Of a stretch of 56,391 bases of DNA, positions 40,912 through 50,025 are shown in pieces (position 1 is the first letter of the stretch; every line of letters starts with the position of its first letter). The notes under the pieces were generated by a model. It was not told the origin of the DNA. It was given only the letters and a program-made list of their open reading frames with translations, and made no database searches. The DNA lies in contig JANQQG010000086.1 of NCBI GenBank assembly GCA_028285065.1, forward strand, positions 1 through 56,391, given 5' to 3'. This DNA is from Phycisphaerales bacterium. Lineage in GTDB: Bacteria > Planctomycetota > Phycisphaerae > Phycisphaerales > UBA1924. The position numbers and the translations under genes are program-made.

Positions 40912-43900
40912 CTAGGTCGGCTCGTCGTCCGCGGTGATCGAGACCCCGTACTCGGCGGCCACGGCGACGACCCTCTGGAGCGACTCCTCTTTCGACTCGC
41001 CGAGATCGACGAGGAGTGCGCGGTAGTTGGCCAACGCGGCTAGGAGCCTCGGATGCTGGTGCCCCGTCGAGCGTGTGAACTCTAGGAAGATGTTGATCAT
41101 CCGTCGCATGGGCGGCTCGGCTTCGGCTATCCGGTCCGTGGCGATGAGCAATGCAGCAAGGTTGTTGAGGTCGATGGCGACTTGGGGATGTTCGGCGCCG
41201 TAGCTCACCTTGTCGACCTCAAGCGCTCGTCGCATGAGCGGCTCGGCTTCGTCGAGTCGGTCGGCGGTGTTGAGCATTTGGGCGAGGTTGTTCAGGCGGA
41301 GGGCGACTGAAGGGTGCTCGGGGCCGAACGCCTGCTCATCGATCTCAAGCGCTCGTCGCATGAGTGACTCGGCTTCGTCGAGTCGGTTGGTACTGTGGAG
41401 TAACACAGCGAGGTTGCTCAGGCGGGTAGCTACGTTGGGATGTTCGGGACCGAAGCTCTGCTCATCGATCTCGAGCGCTCGTCGCATCGGCGGTTCGGCC
41501 TCGTCGAGTCGGTTGGTGGACTGGAGTAATTGGGCGAGGTTGTTCAGGCGGATGGACACCTTCGGGTGCTTGGGACCATAGGTCTGCTCGTCGATCTCGA
41601 GTGCCCGTCGGATGAGGGGCTCTGCCTCCTGGAGTCGGTTGGTGGCTTGGAGCAATGCAGCGAGATTGCTCAGGTCGCCGGCGACGTTGGGGTGCTCCGG
41701 GCCGAAGGTCTCCGCGTCGATGTCGAGTGCTCGTCGCAAGAGCGGCTCGGCTTCAGCGAGTCGGTTGGTCTCCTCGAGCAAGAGGGCGAGGTTGTTGAGG
41801 TCCCTCGAGACGCTGTGGTGTTGGGGACCGAAGTGCGTCTCATCGATGTCGAGTGCTCGTCGCATGAGCGGCTCAGCCTCGGCGAATCGACCGGTCGCTT
41901 TGAGCACCTGACTGAGGTTGCTCAACTTCGTGGCGATCCGTGGGTCCTGAGAATCGCCGCACTGCTCGTCGATCTCGATCGCTCGTCGCAGGAGTGGCTC
42001 GGCCTCGTCGAGTCGGTTGGTGTCTTGGAGCAACTGGGCGAGGTTGTTGAGGCTGATGGCCACGGCCGTGTGCTGAGGACCGAAGGCCTGCTCAGACAAT
42101 CCCAGTGCCCGGCGCATGAGAGGCTCGGCTTCCTCAAGGCGGTTGGTCGTGTGGAGCAACTGGGCGAGGTTGTTTGCCTCGGTGATGACCCTGGGGTGCT
42201 CAGGGCCGAACGCATCCTCGTCAATCTCGAGCGCGCGTCGCATGAGCGGCTCGGCTGCGGCCAAGCGCACTTGGAAGTGCAGATAGTGACCGACCTTGGC
42301 AAGGAGCCAGCCGCTCCGAAGGCCATCCCCGTGACGCCAAAGGTGCTCCGCAAGGGCCGGTCCGTGTGGTGAGAGGAGCTCCCAGATTGGCCAACTCTCG
42401 ACGTGCGTGTTCGTGTCGCCGTCGGGCGCATATCCACGTAGCGCCGTGACCGCCTCGTTCGCCGCCGCCTTGTGCTCTTTATCATCGAGCTGCGACGCCA
42501 CGACCGCCTGGATCAGTCGGTGCACGGTCACGGACTCACCGTCCTCGCTCCGCTTGGCGAGGCTGAAGAGCAGGAGCGGCATCAGGGCCTCGTCGAGGTC
42601 CTCCGTTGCTTCCTCGAGCAGCCCGACCGGGATCGGCGCGGGGGCCAGCAGCGAGCAGATCCGCAGCAGCCTGACCGACTCCTCGGGGAGCTGCTCGAGC
42701 GATGATTCGTAGGTTGTCGCCACGCTGCGCGGGTACTTCATCAGGCGCTCGTCGTGCCAGCCGCGGACCTTCTCGTCGAAGGATGCCCAACGCTCGCGGT
42801 AGGCGCTGATGGTGGTGCCGGTGGCTCGGATGTAGGCCGCGCTCTGTTCGAGGGCGAGGGCAAGCCCGTCGACGTCTTGGGCGAGCAGGCGTGCGTCCTG
42901 CTCGTCGTTCTCTGTGATCGCACGCCCGACCGTGCCCCGCCGCTCCGTGGCCTCCAGCAGGAACTCCGTCGAAGCGTCCTCGTCAAGGACGTTCAGCTCC
43001 AGCGGCGTCACGGCGTTCGACCATTGGCTGATGCGGCTTGTGATCACGACATGCCCCGCACGTAGGTGCGCGAGCTTCGCCTCGACCGCCGCGGCGGCCT
43101 CCTCCGTGTCTACGTTGTCGAGGATCAGGAACCAGCCGGAGTGGTGGTCCAACCAGCGCAGCACTTCCGCGAGCTTCACTTCGGCGTTCGCCTCGGGCGG
43201 CAGGCCGAGGTCGAGCACCAGCGGGCCGGCGAGCGCGCCCAGGTTCGCCATCAGCGCGTCGGGTGAGTCGGCCTGGACGAACAGGAGCGCGGAGTAGTCG
43301 GCTCTGTTGGCCAGGCCGAACTCGAGTGCGAGGCGGGTCTTGCCGACGCCGCCCTCGCCGTGGATCGACTGGCGCGCGACGATGGCCGTGGCGTGGGTGG
43401 ACTCAGCGCGGAGCGACTCGCGCAAGATGCTCATGGACTCCTCACGCCCCTTGAAGAGCGTGCCGAGGCTCGTGAACTCCTGGCTGAACGGGACCGTGAC
43501 CGGTGTCGTCGATGGCGCACCCGCACGCGGCGGATCCGCAAGCACCCGCTCGTGGCGCTCGATGATGTGGCGCACGATCTGGTCGATGGGGACGACGTTG
43601 CCGTCGATGTAGTGGGCCGTGTCCGGGATCGGGCGGACCCGCGCCTTGTCGAACCGGAGCAGGACGACGCGTGAGTCCTCTTGGTTGAGCATCAGGTCCT
43701 TGATGGCCTTGCCCTCGGCGTTGGTCCAGTTCTTGCGTGCGTAGTCCTCGCTGATGCAGACCACGACCAGCTCGGCCTGCTCGCGGTACAGGTCGTAGAG
43801 CGTCGCGTCGAGGTCGATGCCCGCCAGCTCCGCCTCGTGTCGACGGTCGTAGAAGACGCGCTCGGTGGGGAACTGCTTGCGCAGTTCGGCATCGAGGCGC

Positions 43901-43998
43901 AGCACGTGCTCGCGCTGCTCGCCCGCGTAACTGAATGCGATGTCGAACCGCCTCGGTGAGGCGGCCGCATCCTGAGATTGATGAGTTGCGTCAGCCAT
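40912..43998 (-). CDS. TIR - NB-ARC (STAND P-loop NTPase) - TPR repeat protein
   Basis: Start at the internal ATG at 43998 (MADATHQ). TIR region: FDIAFSYAGEQREHV...VVVCISEDYARKNWTNAEGKAI. P-loop HGEGGVGKTRLALEF. Walker B WFLILDNVD. Then ten 42-aa TPR units (NNLAQLL..TNRL.EAEPLMRRALEIDE..FGPEHP). Confidence 0.85.
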   Translation of the reverse strand: MADATHQSQDAAASPRRFDIAFSYAGEQREHVLRLDAELRKQFPTERVFYDRRHEAELAGIDLDATLYDLYREQAELVVVCISEDYARKNWTNAEGKAIKDLMLNQEDSRVVLLRFDKARVRPIPDTAHYIDGNVVPIDQIVRHIIERHERVLADPPRAGAPSTTPVTVPFSQEFTSLGTLFKGREESMSILRESLRAESTHATAIVARQSIHGEGGVGKTRLALEFGLANRADYSALLFVQADSPDALMANLGALAGPLVLDLGLPPEANAEVKLAEVLRWLDHHSGWFLILDNVDTEEAAAAVEAKLAHLRAGHVVITSRISQWSNAVTPLELNVLDEDASTEFLLEATERRGTVGRAITENDEQDARLLAQDVDGLALALEQSAAYIRATGTTISAYRERWASFDEKVRGWHDERLMKYPRSVATTYESSLEQLPEESVRLLRICSLLAPAPIPVGLLEEATEDLDEALMPLLLFSLAKRSEDGESVTVHRLIQAVVASQLDDKEHKAAANEAVTALRGYAPDGDTNTHVESWPIWELLSPHGPALAEHLWRHGDGLRSGWLLAKVGHYLHFQVRLAAAEPLMRRALEIDEDAFGPEHPRVITEANNLAQLLHTTNRLEEAEPLMRRALGLSEQAFGPQHTAVAISLNNLAQLLQDTNRLDEAEPLLRRAIEIDEQCGDSQDPRIATKLSNLSQVLKATGRFAEAEPLMRRALDIDETHFGPQHHSVSRDLNNLALLLEETNRLAEAEPLLRRALDIDAETFGPEHPNVAGDLSNLAALLQATNRLQEAEPLIRRALEIDEQTYGPKHPKVSIRLNNLAQLLQSTNRLDEAEPPMRRALEIDEQSFGPEHPNVATRLSNLAVLLHSTNRLDEAESLMRRALEIDEQAFGPEHPSVALRLNNLAQMLNTADRLDEAEPLMRRALEVDKVSYGAEHPQVAIDLNNLAALLIATDRIAEAEPPMRRMINIFLEFTRSTGHQHPRLLAALANYRALLVDLGESKEESLQRVVAVAAEYGVSITADDEPT
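41050..42300 (-). repeat. in-phase 126-bp coding repeats (about 10 TPR units)
   Basis: The anchor GCGCTCGTCGCAT recurs at 41223, 41349 and 41475 on the + strand, exactly 126 bp apart. At protein level there are 10 occurrences of AE(P/S)(L/P)(M/L/I)RR. Confidence 0.85.
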
Positions 43999-44184
43999 CG
44001 TCGGCCCTTCGCCACCCCCTCCTGCGGCCAATGGTAAGAGGCGTCGGTGGCTTCGAGGCCGGAAGCGCACCCCACGCATCCCCGTCCCGCCCACTATCAT
44101 CCCGTCTCCGGTCAAGAACCCGATCGGAGCACGAACCCATCGCCACCTTGTTGGGTGGTTAGCGAGCATTGAGGAAGCGGGCGG

Positions 44185-45732
44185 ATGAACAGGGCGAGGC
44201 GGACCGGGATCACGAGCGGTCGGTTGGTGCGCTGGGTGCTCTTGCTGGCGCTGACGGGCATCGCGGCTCCCGCCTGCGCAGCGGGCCCGGAGTCGGAGCC
44301 GCTCTCCAAGACAGAACGTGAGATCCTCGACGAGGTCTATGAGGTTGATCGGCGGCCGCGCCTGCTCATCGATCTCGTGCACGAGGGTGGGGACGCGGCC
44401 GAGCGAGTGATGACGGCGTGTCGCACCGGTGTCGAGCGCGAGCTCGCGCTCGCGGGCGTGCGGATCCTGGGCGTGCCGGACGACCCGTCGGACCGGGTTG
44501 CCAAGGTGCTCAATGCAACCGAGGGCGAGCGCCTGGTGGGCGACGACATGTTCGAGCTCATGTCGCTGGACCGAGTCGATTTGATCCTGCGCCTCAGCGC
44601 CCGCGAGCGTGGGAGCAGGATTCGCTACGAGGGCCAGTTCATCGACCTGCGCAGTGGAGAGGTCTTCGGTGGGCCGCGACTCTCACCGGGTCGGGTCGAC
44701 GAGATCGACGACGTCTACGGGCGCGCCCTCGGGAACAACCTGGCCCGCCAGTTCGCCGACGCGTTCGTCCGCGCGGGTGAGCGGCGCGCCGGCCGGCACA
44801 TGATCGCCCTGAGTGTCGGCGGCGTCGGTGAGCAGGCCGAGCACCACTCCCTTGTCAACGCGATCCGGCGCCTCGTCGGGGCCGCACCAGAGTCCGGGTG
44901 GCAACGCCGTCCGGCGCGCGGGTCCATCTCGCGTTTCAAGATCATGACGACGATGGACGCAGAGGCGCTCGGCGCGGAGCTCGAGTCAACCTTCGACGGC
45001 AAGTCCGGTCCGCTTCGTCTGCGTGTGCTGAGCATCGCGGGCTGGACGATCGCCGCGGAGCTCTTCCTCGCGGACCAGCCGCGTTGGCTCCAGGCGCGAG
45101 CCGTCGCGGATTCGCGCCGTCGCGTTTCGCGTGCGCGAGGTGAGACGATTGGGGTGGTGCTGCAGGGTGGCGGGCGCGCGACCGATCGGGTCATCGGCGA
45201 GTTGCGAGAGGTTGGTCTGCACGCCCAGCGTGGAGAAGAGTCGGTGCCGTTCGTAATTCGCGGTCGCGTGGGGACCAGGTCTGCCGAGCTGGTGATCGAG
45301 GACGTGGGCCAAGAGCGGATCATCGCCTTTGCGAGCTGGCCCTCGGAGGAGTTCGGCGATGGGCACGGGCTCGATCCGCTCGATGAGGCCGACAGGCTGC
45401 GCTACCTCATCGGGACACTCGCGGAGCAACTCGACCAGGGCATCACCGAGGACATCCGCCAACTCGATGTGCGCCTGAGCATCCCGGGGCGTGCCGAGGA
45501 GGCCCGAGCCGACGCGGAGGCGAGCCTGGGCACGCTGATCGGGGTCCGCAGGATCGTGCCGATCTCGGGCGACGATGATGCATGCCGCTTCCGGATCGAG
45601 TTTGCGCGGCGCTCGCACGAGAAGATGACGCGTGCCGTCCAGAACGCCTTGGAGTTCCTGTCGCCATCGTTGGAGCTGAAGCGCACGGAGCAAGGGACCC
45701 TGGTGTTCGAGCGCGCGGGCGGGGCTGAGTAG
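44185..45732 (+). CDS. secreted hypothetical protein, no family recognised
   Basis: GAGGAAG lies upstream of the ATG. Signal-like N-terminus LVRWVLLLALTGIAAPACAAG. 515 aa, divergent from the TIR-STAND gene with a 186-bp spacer. Confidence 0.6.
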   Translation: MNRARRTGITSGRLVRWVLLLALTGIAAPACAAGPESEPLSKTEREILDEVYEVDRRPRLLIDLVHEGGDAAERVMTACRTGVERELALAGVRILGVPDDPSDRVAKVLNATEGERLVGDDMFELMSLDRVDLILRLSARERGSRIRYEGQFIDLRSGEVFGGPRLSPGRVDEIDDVYGRALGNNLARQFADAFVRAGERRAGRHMIALSVGGVGEQAEHHSLVNAIRRLVGAAPESGWQRRPARGSISRFKIMTTMDAEALGAELESTFDGKSGPLRLRVLSIAGWTIAAELFLADQPRWLQARAVADSRRRVSRARGETIGVVLQGGGRATDRVIGELREVGLHAQRGEESVPFVIRGRVGTRSAELVIEDVGQERIIAFASWPSEEFGDGHGLDPLDEADRLRYLIGTLAEQLDQGITEDIRQLDVRLSIPGRAEEARADAEASLGTLIGVRRIVPISGDDDACRFRIEFARRSHEKMTRAVQNALEFLSPSLELKRTEQGTLVFERAGGAE

Positions 45733-45828
45733 GCGGGTCTTGCCGGCGAACCGTTGAGTGTTCGGTCGCCCGGACCGTCGAGTATGTCGTGGTATGCTCC
45801 CGGCTCCTCGCGCTGAGCGCCACGACCG

Positions 45829-47643
45829 ATGAAGAGCGAATCAAAGAAGATCGAACGTCCGCGTCCTGTCCTCCGCATCGGAGTGCTCTGGTTCGGCGAC
45901 GAGGCGGCCGGCGTTCCACCGAGTGCTCAGGTCGAGGCGATCGGCGGTCTGCTCGATGGCGCAAGGGCAGAGGCGGAGGGGGTCCTCGGGCAGTCACTCG
46001 CCGATGGCAGCGGGCGCACGCTCGCGGATCTGTTCGAGGGCCAGGACCTCGTGGTCAGACTCATCACCGGTGTTGCGACCGGGTTCGAGCGGTCGGCGAT
46101 CGATGCCGGAGCCCGGCGGGGCATCCTGTTGCGCTTGGTCAGCCGAGCCTCGTGGGCTACGGCGCGCGCAACCGGGGGAGAGTCGATCGGCACGATGGAG
46201 ACAATCGAGCGCTCCGAGGATCCGATCTGGGTCGAGTTGACGGGCGAGACGGAGGAGCGTCGAGAGCTCTTCGTTCGCGAGCAGTCCGACTTGATCATCG
46301 CGGGAGTCGATGGGTCCGAGCCATCGCGCCACCGGTTCGAGGCCTTCGCAGCGGCCGCTCGCATGCCGGTCCTCCCTGTTGGCCCGGCTGGGCTCGAGTC
46401 CGACACAGACCTCGCGGCGTTGGTCAGGATCGTGCTTGTTCCGACTGACTCGAGACACGACGTCGACAAGGACGTTGCGCAAGGAGTGCTCGATGATCTC
46501 TATGCCACGTTCGATCGATCTGGGACCGGGCTTTGGCGCGCGCTTCTCAGTGTGCTCTCGGTCCCGTGGAAGTCGCTCTATGGGCTGGCCAAGCTCAGGA
46601 CCGGGCATTCCGGTCCGGCCTCCGATGGTGATCAAGCGGACGTGAAGACCGAGCGCTTCGATGCGCACGTCAAGCGTCTGGCATCGACCCAGGAGGAGTT
46701 GGATGATCGCATCGCGATCCCCTTCATGAACGGGTACCGCGGCCTCGTCATCTGGTGTTACCTGCTCGGCTTCGTCGTCGTCGGTTTCGGCCTGGTGCAC
46801 GGCACCGTCAAGGCGCTCGAATCAGCCACGTGGCCCGCGGTGGTGGAGTTGGCATTGCTCCTCGTGATCCTGTCCCTCGTCTTCATCTCGGAACGCAAGC
46901 TCTCGCTGCGTCAGCGCGCTGCACGGGTGCGCCACATCGTCGAGCAACTGCGACACCTTCAGGCGCTCGCGGCGCTCGGGCGTGCGGCGAGTGCCGCGCC
47001 GCCGCCGCCGGGGTACTCGACGGTCGTGCCCTCCGACGGTGCATCTGGGTGGTACGCCCGTTCGATGTTCCGAGACGTCGGCACACCGGCGCCGTGCGAG
47101 GCGGCTCGCTCACGCTCCGAAGGCGAAGCCCCAACGATCGTGCGCTTTGATGACTCGTACTACACCGAGGTGCTCGCGGCCGCACGCGCCTGGGTGCGTG
47201 GCCAGCGGGACTACCACGAGGCAACGGCCCACCGGCACGAGTGGCTGGAGGAGCTTGCGGTCGACGTCATGTGGAGCCTGTTCGCACTCGTCATCATCGT
47301 CGTTGGGCTGAAGGTGGCGCACTGGATGCCGGGAACCGAGACGAGCAAGACAGTCGCGTTGTTCGTGATCGTGCTGGGACCGGCGCTGCTCGGAGCGGTG
47401 CACGCGATCGGCGTGCAGATCGAGTTCCTCCGCCTCGCCACCCGTTCCAAGGACCTCGCCGAGATGCTCTCTCTGCGGCTCGAGAAACGCCTGGGGGCGT
47501 CGGCAGAGCCCAACGAGGCCGGGTGGTCGGTCGCACAGCGCGGCGACCTGGAGTCGACACTCAGCGATCTCTCTACACTGATGCTCGCTGAGGTACTCGA
47601 GTGGCGAGCGATCTACCTGCTCAGAGAGTTGTTGCCACCATGA
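45829..47643 (+). CDS. SLOG-like (LOG/DprA-type Rossmannoid) domain fused to two SLATT/DUF4231-like 2TM modules
   Basis: N-terminus has LRIGVLWFG, LITGVATGFERSAIDAGARRG, RELFVREQSDLIIAGVDGSEPS and ARMPVLPV, a LOG/DprA-like strand-helix pattern. First TM pair: GLVIWCYLLGFVVVGFGLV / WPAVVELALLLVILSLVFI. Second TM pair: VMWSLFALVIIVVGLKVA / VALFVIVLGPALLGAVHAIGV, preceded by QRDYHEATAHRHEW. Domain naming rests on pattern memory. Confidence 0.55.
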   Translation: MKSESKKIERPRPVLRIGVLWFGDEAAGVPPSAQVEAIGGLLDGARAEAEGVLGQSLADGSGRTLADLFEGQDLVVRLITGVATGFERSAIDAGARRGILLRLVSRASWATARATGGESIGTMETIERSEDPIWVELTGETEERRELFVREQSDLIIAGVDGSEPSRHRFEAFAAAARMPVLPVGPAGLESDTDLAALVRIVLVPTDSRHDVDKDVAQGVLDDLYATFDRSGTGLWRALLSVLSVPWKSLYGLAKLRTGHSGPASDGDQADVKTERFDAHVKRLASTQEELDDRIAIPFMNGYRGLVIWCYLLGFVVVGFGLVHGTVKALESATWPAVVELALLLVILSLVFISERKLSLRQRAARVRHIVEQLRHLQALAALGRAASAAPPPPGYSTVVPSDGASGWYARSMFRDVGTPAPCEAARSRSEGEAPTIVRFDDSYYTEVLAAARAWVRGQRDYHEATAHRHEWLEELAVDVMWSLFALVIIVVGLKVAHWMPGTETSKTVALFVIVLGPALLGAVHAIGVQIEFLRLATRSKDLAEMLSLRLEKRLGASAEPNEAGWSVAQRGDLESTLSDLSTLMLAEVLEWRAIYLLRELLPP

Positions 47644-47951
47644 CAGCGCCGGATCCCAGCCCGTACACGCCGCGTCCGATCGATACATCGGGCATCTCGG
47701 TGCCGCCCGAACTCGACGCGCTCGTCGAGCGATTGGCGGAGCACACACACGACGTTTGGGCGCAGCAGCGCATGGCGGATGGGTGGACCCACGGCCCGGC
47801 GCGCGACGACGCGACACGGCGCCACCCCTGCCTCGTCCCGTACGCCGACCTGCCCGAGTCGGAGAAGACGTACGACCGGGAGGTTGCACGCGGTCTTCTG
47901 GCGGCACTGTTGGCGCTCGGGTGGAGCGTGGGGCGTGCGGGCAGCACGTAG
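47640..47951 (+). CDS. stand-alone RyR (ryanodine-receptor repeat) domain protein
   Basis: Contains LAEHTHDVWAQQRMADGWTHGPARDDATRRHPCLVPYADLPESEKTYDREVARGLLAALLALGW, which matches the RyR-domain consensus as I remember it. The ATG at 47640 overlaps the stop of the SLOG-SLATT gene (ATGA). Confidence 0.75.
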   Translation: MTAPDPSPYTPRPIDTSGISVPPELDALVERLAEHTHDVWAQQRMADGWTHGPARDDATRRHPCLVPYADLPESEKTYDREVARGLLAALLALGWSVGRAGST

Positions 47952-48019
47952 GGGGTCGGCTCGCGATGATCGCGACGTCCGGGTCGGGCCCGTCATGGCC
48001 CTCCCTCGGGTCGGTTGCG

Positions 48020-49030
48020 CTATGCCGCGGTCTTGAGTTCGGCAACGTCCTCGCCGGTCCCGGCGACGACCAGGACCTCACCGAGGGCTAGGGTGTGGGC
48101 GGGCTCGGGGTGGGTCGTCACATCGCCGGACGCATCGCGGATCGCGACGATCGCGAGGCGAGGATGGCGCTTCCCGAGTTGGATGATCGCTTCGCCCAGA
48201 TGAGGCGACTGCGGGCTGATCGCGATCTGCGCGAAGCTGAGCGCATCGGTCCCGCCTTGCAGCCCGGGGAGCAGGCGAGCAACCTCCGGGCGGAGCATGT
48301 TCTCTGCGATCCCGTCGCCTCCGTAGCTCGACGGACTGATCACGTTCGTCGCACCTGCTCGCCGCAGCTTGCAGATCGACGGCTCGTCCTCGGCGCGGGC
48401 GATGATCGGCACCTTGGGCGCCAGGGCGCGCGCGGTCAGACAGATCAGCGCATTGACGGCATCGGCCGAGGTCACGGCCGCTACGGCAGACGCGCGCTCG
48501 ATGCCGGCATCCTGAAGCGCCTGATCGGAGGTGGCATCGCCCTCGAAAGCGACGATGCCGCGCGTCTGCGCCTCGGCGACTCGGTGAGGATCGGAGTCGA
48601 TCGCGACGACCGCGGCGCCATCCTCGAGGAGCTTCGTGATGACACGTTCACCGGTGCGCCCGAGACCGCAGATGATGTGATGGTCTTGCAGCTTGCGTGC
48701 TTTCTCGATCATGCGTCGCTCCGGGTGTGTGGCGCGTGCCATGATGTTCTGGAGGATGAGGCCTGCGGTGTACGAGACGGTGCCGATGCCGCCGATCATG
48801 AGGACGGCGGTGAAGCGTTCGCCGTTCTCGGTCAGCCCGTAGTCGCCGTAGCCGACCGTGGTGAGCGTGACAAGCGTGAAGAAGAGCGATCGCCAAGGCG
48901 ACCAGCCCTCGATCCAGGTGTAGCCGGCCGTTCCGAATACGACGACCGCGCACAGCAGGAGAAGAGACCGGCGCACGACAGGGTCCCATTCCCCAGGGAG
49001 GATCCGCTTTGCGACACCCTGCGGGATCAT
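48020..49030 (-). CDS. 2TM potassium channel with RCK (TrkA-N/TrkA-C) gating domains (MthK/Kch-like)
   Basis: Selectivity filter TLTTVGYGDYG. Rossmann motif HHIICGLGRTGERV. C-terminal TrkA-C-like region (HLGEAIIQL...LAIVAIRD...GEVLVVAG). Confidence 0.9.
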   Translation of the reverse strand: MIPQGVAKRILPGEWDPVVRRSLLLLCAVVVFGTAGYTWIEGWSPWRSLFFTLVTLTTVGYGDYGLTENGERFTAVLMIGGIGTVSYTAGLILQNIMARATHPERRMIEKARKLQDHHIICGLGRTGERVITKLLEDGAAVVAIDSDPHRVAEAQTRGIVAFEGDATSDQALQDAGIERASAVAAVTSADAVNALICLTARALAPKVPIIARAEDEPSICKLRRAGATNVISPSSYGGDGIAENMLRPEVARLLPGLQGGTDALSFAQIAISPQSPHLGEAIIQLGKRHPRLAIVAIRDASGDVTTHPEPAHTLALGEVLVVAGTGEDVAELKTAA

Positions 49031-49122
49031 GGGGGTGATATCGGAGCGTGGGGGGCGGGGGCTGAGTGACGCCTGGTCGTGGGATGGACCAGGAAGTGGG
49101 GGGGACGTGCGACAACCCGTCC

Positions 49123-50025
49123 CTAGGCGAGCGAGAGTGCCATCTTGCTGACCATGCCGGCCTCGAGGAGGACCGCGGTCTCAGTGCCGCCGTCGACGAG
49201 TGTCCCGCTCTCCATGCGCTTCCCGACCACGATGATCCGCCAGACCCCGGGCTGGAGGCCGGCGAAAGCGACCGAGGTCCCTTCCCTCTCGATCGGCGGC
49301 TCGCCGTGACGCTCCAGCGTGACGGTTGCACTCTCCGCATTCGTGACACTCACGTCCAGGCCTGTGTCGAGAGAGCGCTGGACCTGCTCGGCCGCTCTCT
49401 GGCTTGCTTCAATCCGGGCCTTGACCATCCCATCGAGTTGCTTGAGCGAGCTGCGGAACTCTTCCATCCATTGGTCGGATTCTTCACGGATGAGCGCGTG
49501 GATCTCTGCATTGAGCTCGCGCATCACATGAAGTGCGTGCGTGGCCTGATCGTCGGTGGGTGTCTGGTCCCACGACTGCTGGAGTCGGAGCCACTGCAGG
49601 TTCGCGCGGTCGAGCAGTTCGGCTGTCCTCAACCCCGTACTCATGTAGCGCAGCCAACCGGACGTCGCTCCCAGGAAACGATCCACCCAGATGAGCCCCG
49701 CACCGATCAGGAGCGCCACGGCCGCCCACGTCGCTGGGATCATGGGCATTCCGTCGTCCTTCTTGATCAGCGAGGAGACAACGGGGATCAGCACTCCGAT
49801 GCCGGCCGCAAGGATCGCCAAGATCCGGATCGTGAGCCCGATGCTCCGCTTGCGGCCGCGTTTGCGGAAGTACCAGTCAATCGTCTCCCTGATCGGCTTG
49901 TGGACGAAGAGTTCGAACAGCGACTGAAGGCTGGCGCGCGGGTTGGCATCGTCCCAGACCGTCGCCTTGTCCAGAGACGGCCGGGTCAGGTCGGTTGCTT
50001 CGTTTCGCTTCCAGAACTTCCACAT
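49123..50025 (-). CDS. SLATT-like 2TM protein with coiled-coil and C-terminal beta-sandwich-like domain
   Basis: Contains IRETIDWYFRKRGRKRSIGLTIRILAILAAGIGVLIPVV, then TWAAVALLIGAGLIWVDRFLGATSGWLRY (2TM hairpin followed by a W..Y helix). The C-terminus reads VSVTNAESATVTLERHGEP...GVWRIIVVGKR. The start is either the ATG at 50025 or the GTG at 50061. Confidence 0.55.
   Translation of the reverse strand: MWKFWKRNEATDLTRPSLDKATVWDDANPRASLQSLFELFVHKPIRETIDWYFRKRGRKRSIGLTIRILAILAAGIGVLIPVVSSLIKKDDGMPMIPATWAAVALLIGAGLIWVDRFLGATSGWLRYMSTGLRTAELLDRANLQWLRLQQSWDQTPTDDQATHALHVMRELNAEIHALIREESDQWMEEFRSSLKQLDGMVKARIEASQRAAEQVQRSLDTGLDVSVTNAESATVTLERHGEPPIEREGTSVAFAGLQPGVWRIIVVGKRMESGTLVDGGTETAVLLEAGMVSKMALSLA

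Noticed and set aside
47952-48019. Bidirectional terminator between the convergent RyR and K+ channel genes.
   Set aside because: Only short stems are present (TCGCGA-TGA-TCGCGA and GGGCC-N6-GGCCC) and there is no U-tract. This is too weak to call.
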